Source: Squalus acanthias (Eukaryota). From it: a stretch of 64,000 nt of DNA. This document shows positions 62,901-64,000 of this stretch, piece by piece. The position numbers and the translations under genes were made by a program. The stretch is from positions 53,632,001-53,696,000 of the forward strand of contig CM059438.1 in assembly GCA_030390025.1 (NCBI GenBank). The letters are read 5' to 3'. A model generated the notes under the pieces. The model searched no databases. It worked only from the letters and a program-made list of their open reading frames with translations, and had not been told where the DNA came from. Positions within the stretch are counted from its first letter, which is position 1; each line of letters begins with the position of its first letter.

Positions 62901-64000
62901 TCGATCCTCACTGATTGATTGATTGATCCTCATTGATTGATTGATCCTCATTGATTGATTGATCCTCTCCTCATTGATTGATTGATCCTCACTGATTGAT
63001 TGATCCTCATTGATTGATCGATCCTCTCCACTTTGATTGATAGATCCTCTCCTCACCGATTGGTTGATTGATCTGCTCCTCCTTGATTGATTGATCTTCA
63101 CTGATTGATTGATCCTCTCCACATTGATTGATCGATCCTCACTGATTGATTGATTGATCCTCATTGATTGATTGATCCTCATTGATTGATTGATCCTCAC
63201 TGATTGATTGATTGATCCTCACTGATTGGTTGATCCTCTCCTCATTGATTGATTGATCCTCACTGATTGATTGATCCTCCCTGATTGATTGATCCTCTCC
63301 TCATTGATTGATTGATCCTCATTGATTGATTGAACCTCTCTTTATTGATTGATCCTCACTGATTGATTGATCCTCTCCTCATTGATTGATTGATCCTCAC
63401 TGATTGATTGATCCTCATTCATTAATCGATCCTCTCCACTTTGATTGATAGATCCTCTCCTCACCGATTGGTTGATTGATCCGCTCCTCCTTGATTGATT
63501 GATTGATCCTCACTGATTGATTGATCCTCTCCTCATTGATTGATCGATCCTCACTGATTGATTGATCCTCTCCTCACTGATTGATTGAACGATCCTCACT
63601 GATTCATTGATCCTCTCCTCACTGATTGATTGATCCTCACTGATTGATTGTTTGATCCTCATTGATTGATTGATCCTCATTGATTGATTGATCCTCATTG
63701 ATTGATTGATCCTCTCCTCATTGATTGATCGATCCTCATTGATTGATTGATCCTCTCCTCATTGATTGATCGATCCTCATTGATTGATTGATCCTCTCCT
63801 CATTGATTGATTGATCCTCATTGATTGATTGATCCTCTCCTCATTGATTGATCGATCCTCATTGATTGATTGATCCTCTCCTCATTGATTGATTGATCGA
63901 TGTTCGTTGATTGATTGATCCTCTCCTCACTGATTGATTGATCCTCACTGATTGATTGATCGTCATTGATTGATTGATCCTCATTGATTGGTTGATCTTC
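59920..64000 (+). repeat. GATT-based satellite (CTCA(C/T)TGATTGATTGATC(CTCT)) running off the window end
   Basis: Direct inspection. Confidence 0.97.

Overview
Repeat-dense eukaryotic DNA, most likely from a cartilaginous fish (inferred from the CR1, Penelope and Harbinger families and the ferritin and TRIM sequence types). It contains one host gene, a DPY30-domain DYDC1-like gene on the + strand. Four phase-0 coding exons lie at 31495-57542, with a probable non-coding exon 1 and RFX-type promoter near 16.6 kb; the gene may continue past the window. Its introns are inflated by different satellites, and the putative intron 1 is a 14.8 kb array whose 20-bp unit contains the splice-donor motif GTGAGT. 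Upstream lies a very young endogenous retrovirus (7309-13525; 513-bp LTRs differing at one site by eye; 5-bp TSD; tRNA-Ser-like PBS). It has gag, RNase H-integrase and env, but protease and RT are cleanly missing, and there is a small TM/polybasic ORF between pol and env. The provirus sits inside a ferritin pseudogene fragment. Also present: a two-gene Harbinger transposon, an intact Neptune-type Penelope-like element, a second nearly intact one, and several palindromic Penelope derivatives. The Penelope terminal repeats carry minimal hammerhead ribozymes of two families. CR1, L2, RTE and Tx1 LINE fragments and a hAT-like element holding a TRIM exon fragment complete the window. All calls were made by eye without database searches.
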